A DNA stretch of 64,000 bases. Source: Babesia bigemina. Lineage: Eukaryota. The translations under genes and the position numbers were made by a program. The stretch spans positions 558,001 through 622,000 of the forward strand of contig NC_027218.1 of the NCBI RefSeq assembly GCF_000981445.1, written 5' to 3'. The notes below the pieces were generated by a model that saw only the letters and a list, made by a program, of their open reading frames with translations, was not told where the DNA came from and did not search any database. Positions within the stretch are counted from its first letter, which is position 1, and every line of letters starts with the position of its first letter. Below, one piece after another: positions 60,944-64,000 of this stretch.

Positions 60944-62419
60944 ATGCGATTATTATCAGTGATGATGAGCTCCAATGGCTACCGCGTGCGGCGCGTGATC
61001 GCGGCCTTTATGCTTGCCTGCATTAGCTCATCTAACGGCCAGGTTGTAGGCGATCCCGAAACAGGTGACCCCCGACTAGTGGAGCACCTACGGCAAGAGG
61101 GATTCCACACTACGCCGATGACGCAGAATTCTGAGCATGGTGACAGCCTTAGGGTCACCTTACTGGGCCTGCCGAAAATTTACTAGTCGCTTGACGACGT
61201 TATGTTAGCACATCCGCCTATCTGATGCTTCACCTAAAATTAAAAAAGCTGACGCAAATGCGAGCCATACACTCATGCGTGATGTCGAGGACATTAGCAC
61301 TTTGCACGGCACCTACACGGAATTGAGCAACATAATTCATGACCACCGTGCAGTAACTAGGCGCAAGAAAAGAAAAAGCCTAACACGGGAGAGGTATGCC
61401 GAACTGCAAAACGCTTTGACGAAACTAGAAGAACAATTCAAAGGCATCGAACAGGTGGCATCAGACATTTTGAGATTCGACAATGCGGCGTACTTTAGAG
61501 CAGCAATCAGACAAGCGAGCATATTCATTCGGCAACACACGGATCAAGGGTCTACGCAGACTCACGATGAAGGGACAACGTGGGTAGGCGGCGACAAATC
61601 AGCATTAGAGTCAAATACGGCGGGAGCTACACGAGGGCGTCTAAACGATCTGCTTCAAAGTGCTTCTACAGCTGACGAAAGCAATGACACGATGCGAAAA
61701 CTCTCAATATTCAACGTGACTACGATTTGTATTACGACGAATTGAAGGACCTGGTAAATGCGTGGGATATTTAGGAGTGTTACGCATATATCCATGATAT
61801 GTTGCAAGAGATGCGCCAGCAATCTACACAAGCATCCGAATTATTAGTTGAGCAACGGCAGCTGGAGGTAGCCTTCGAGGAGTACGCAACTCTTGTTGAC
61901 GCCAAATCTCTGACAACTGATAGTTGAGATTTGTTGAATATGCTGCATAATCTGAAGTGGCTTAAAGGCAAGATAAACAAAACACAAGATGGCGATGCTG
62001 TGAGCACGCCCTTACGACTGACACCTGAGTCGCAGGTAACGACACTGCAGCAACCCAATGACAAAACTGGGGCAAGCCAGAGGAGTGAAAACATAAAGTC
62101 AGAAACAAAATCGGATGACAACGCATCATCACCCGATCCAGCCATTCAAGATGAGGCCACGCCCACACCGGAACAAAACCAACCGAAAGAGCCCAATCCA
62201 ACGGATGTGAAGCAACCCACACCATCGCCGGTAGCAACCGACTTGCAGACGATAGCTGTAGGAGATGTCACGGATGCGTTATGCGGATTACCAGGCAATA
62301 AGTGGGATTGCCAACAATATTCATGGCACAACGGTTTCTAAAAGTGTATCAGGGTTTGCGGCAAGGGGGCCATGGTTGTTCAAATCATGGTAGCCGCAGA
62401 TATAATGGCGGCTCTATGA
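60944..62419 (+). pseudogene. Disrupted gene for a secreted/GPI-anchored surface protein
   Basis: Signal-peptide ORF (60944-61186), helical fragment (61275-61745) and Pro/Thr-rich stalk (61931-62341) are separated by frame changes and in-frame stops (AWDI*ECY, TTDS*DLL). A hydrophobic tail continues past a stop: NGF*KCIRVCGKGAMVVQIMVAADIMAAL*. Confidence 0.65.
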
Positions 62420-63187
62420 GTTACAATTGCCTCGCCACTGTGCTACGCTGTCATAATGGGTTGGGTATCTAATGTGTCTATGAGCAACTGATTTGTGAGT
62501 TGCTATGCGTCGGAGAGACGGTTATTGCTCATGATAGTAACTCGCTGTCTGAACGCTTTTTGCATTATTTGCATGGCGCGCATCGTTATGCTGCAGAGGG
62601 TATCAAATGCGACTTCCGCCTACCTGCTCACAGCCATCTAGCGCGCATATGCATGGCATGGAAAGTGAGCGATCCCCGTGGCTTATAACCAAAGTAGCTA
62701 CATCAACAAACATCACGCAAAGGTTTGGGGCACAATTACGACATGCATATTCAATAAATAACTATGAGAAGACATTGAGTCGCTATGCGATACAAGATAG
62801 AGTGCGTTCATAGGCACAGGAATCAATAGGCGTACGTTTCATCAATGAGTATGACGCCGAGCCCCGCAAAGCGGCAGCAACACATAAAAGACTTCAGGAA
62901 ACACGAAAGAGTGCACATCCTGATGTATGCAATGCGGGTGCCAACATCATGTCGGATATATGGATATCGAAGCGCGACTCGGAACAACAGTTCGCTTAAC
63001 TGCGTCTTGAATACAATTCAAAGGACACAAGAAACTGTTTTAACTCATATGGTGCACACAGTCTTATGAATGCACACTGAATTCAGAATGCGTGCTATCA
63101 CTACACTTGGTACATTAGAGATGCGTCGAGAATGCCACCGTTGCCACGTCGCTCGTAATCCGGCCTCACTATCCCCCATTGTTGATC

Positions 63188-64000
63188 TTATTCCGCAGCT
63201 TTTCTGCGTCTACCTGATTGGCCGGGTTTTCGAGTTTTTGCACTCTTCGCAGCTTGTACAGGGTCCACAGCTGTTTCAGCTACTAAAGCTTCTTCAACTA
63301 CAGGTTGCTTAACTGGTAGCTTCTGTACAATATCAGATCCATAGAAAATGTCAAATCCTGCGAGATCGTACGTTTTATGAAATAAATCTGCATCCAAACC
63401 TTTAAACGTTTCGTATATATATGAACCATTCATGCCAGCCCGGCATTCCGACTCTTCGTAACCTAGAGGTCTCAACACGTCCCCAGCGGCCTTATATTCT
63501 ACTGTAGTGCTCCACCACCCGCTTTTAGAGAATACTGCATTTGACAAGGATTGCATTCCGGCGTACAACATAGGCGCCATCCCAACGAGAACCACTGCGC
63601 AGGCTTCCGGGTCTTTTGCGCACGACGCTTCCCACGTCGCTTCTGCACTGTACGCAGACTTGTACTTGTCAGGGTTTTTTATATCATTCAAGAGCTTCCC
63701 AAAACCATCCATGACGTTGCGTAAGCTCTCTTCGATGTATTCAGGTCTGGCACCCTTGACTCCTACAACGCGTGCGTATTCCTCAGAGTATCTTGCCAAT
63801 AGATGTTTAAACCCAGTGTTTGCGGTACTAGCCGGAGTATAGAATCTACTCAGCAATTGTTTCACGAACAGGTTATCTCTCAGCTCCGGTTTCTCTAAAA
63901 ACTCCCTAGAAATGCTTTTCATTTTTTCGAGAGCTGGCAACTGCTTATATCCATCGGAGTGTTTTGAGAATAGATGATGAATTGCGCCAGCCATAGCCTT
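63188..64000 (-). CDS. ves/VESA-related Babesia multigene-family protein, 5' part outside the window
   Basis: YKSAYSAEATWEASCAKDPEACAVVLVGMAPMLYAG...W...LRPLGY resembles the YxSxY...W...CAxIxLG..P..Y motif of ves-related families. The frame is open to the window edge. Confidence 0.7.
   Translation of the reverse strand, partial: KAMAGAIHHLFSKHSDGYKQLPALEKMKSISREFLEKPELRDNLFVKQLLSRFYTPASTANTGFKHLLARYSEEYARVVGVKGARPEYIEESLRNVMDGFGKLLNDIKNPDKYKSAYSAEATWEASCAKDPEACAVVLVGMAPMLYAGMQSLSNAVFSKSGWWSTTVEYKAAGDVLRPLGYEESECRAGMNGSYIYETFKGLDADLFHKTYDLAGFDIFYGSDIVQKLPVKQPVVEEALVAETAVDPVQAAKSAKTRKPGQSGRRRKAAE

Overview
Gene-dense eukaryotic window from a piroplasm. The 18S V4 segment, very short GT-AG introns (about 34-46 nt) and a ves-like gene point to Babesia, most likely B. 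bigemina. Bases 1-46,000 hold housekeeping genes: BRR2, RPC2, five cytosolic ribosomal proteins (uS12/RPS23, uL30/RPL7, eS12, eS19, eS17), EB1, a small Tim, MPC, CIA1, a TFIIIA-like zinc-finger protein, LSM7, PYM, eIF5, Rab-GDI, a SWI3-like subunit, an mS33-like protein and TRM5, plus several hypothetical genes. The rest holds a large predicted GPI-anchored protein, tandem repeats, one complete minus-strand rDNA unit (18S-5.8S-28S), a decayed GPI-protein pseudogene and a ves-like gene cut by the window edge. The best-supported hidden element is an H/ACA snoRNA in the 440-nt second intron of RPS23. Its guide pocket pairs exactly around the 18S uridine equivalent to yeast m1acp3-Psi1191 (snR35/SNORA13 type), and that target lies in this same window. 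Other leads: a possible poison cassette exon in the TFIIIA-like gene, a 62-nt antisense coding overlap between that gene and LSM7, long structured 5'UTR introns in ribosomal protein genes, a shared CCCCAY upstream motif, and repeated hairpins just past the 28S 3' end. All calls were made by eye; no searches or folding programs were run.
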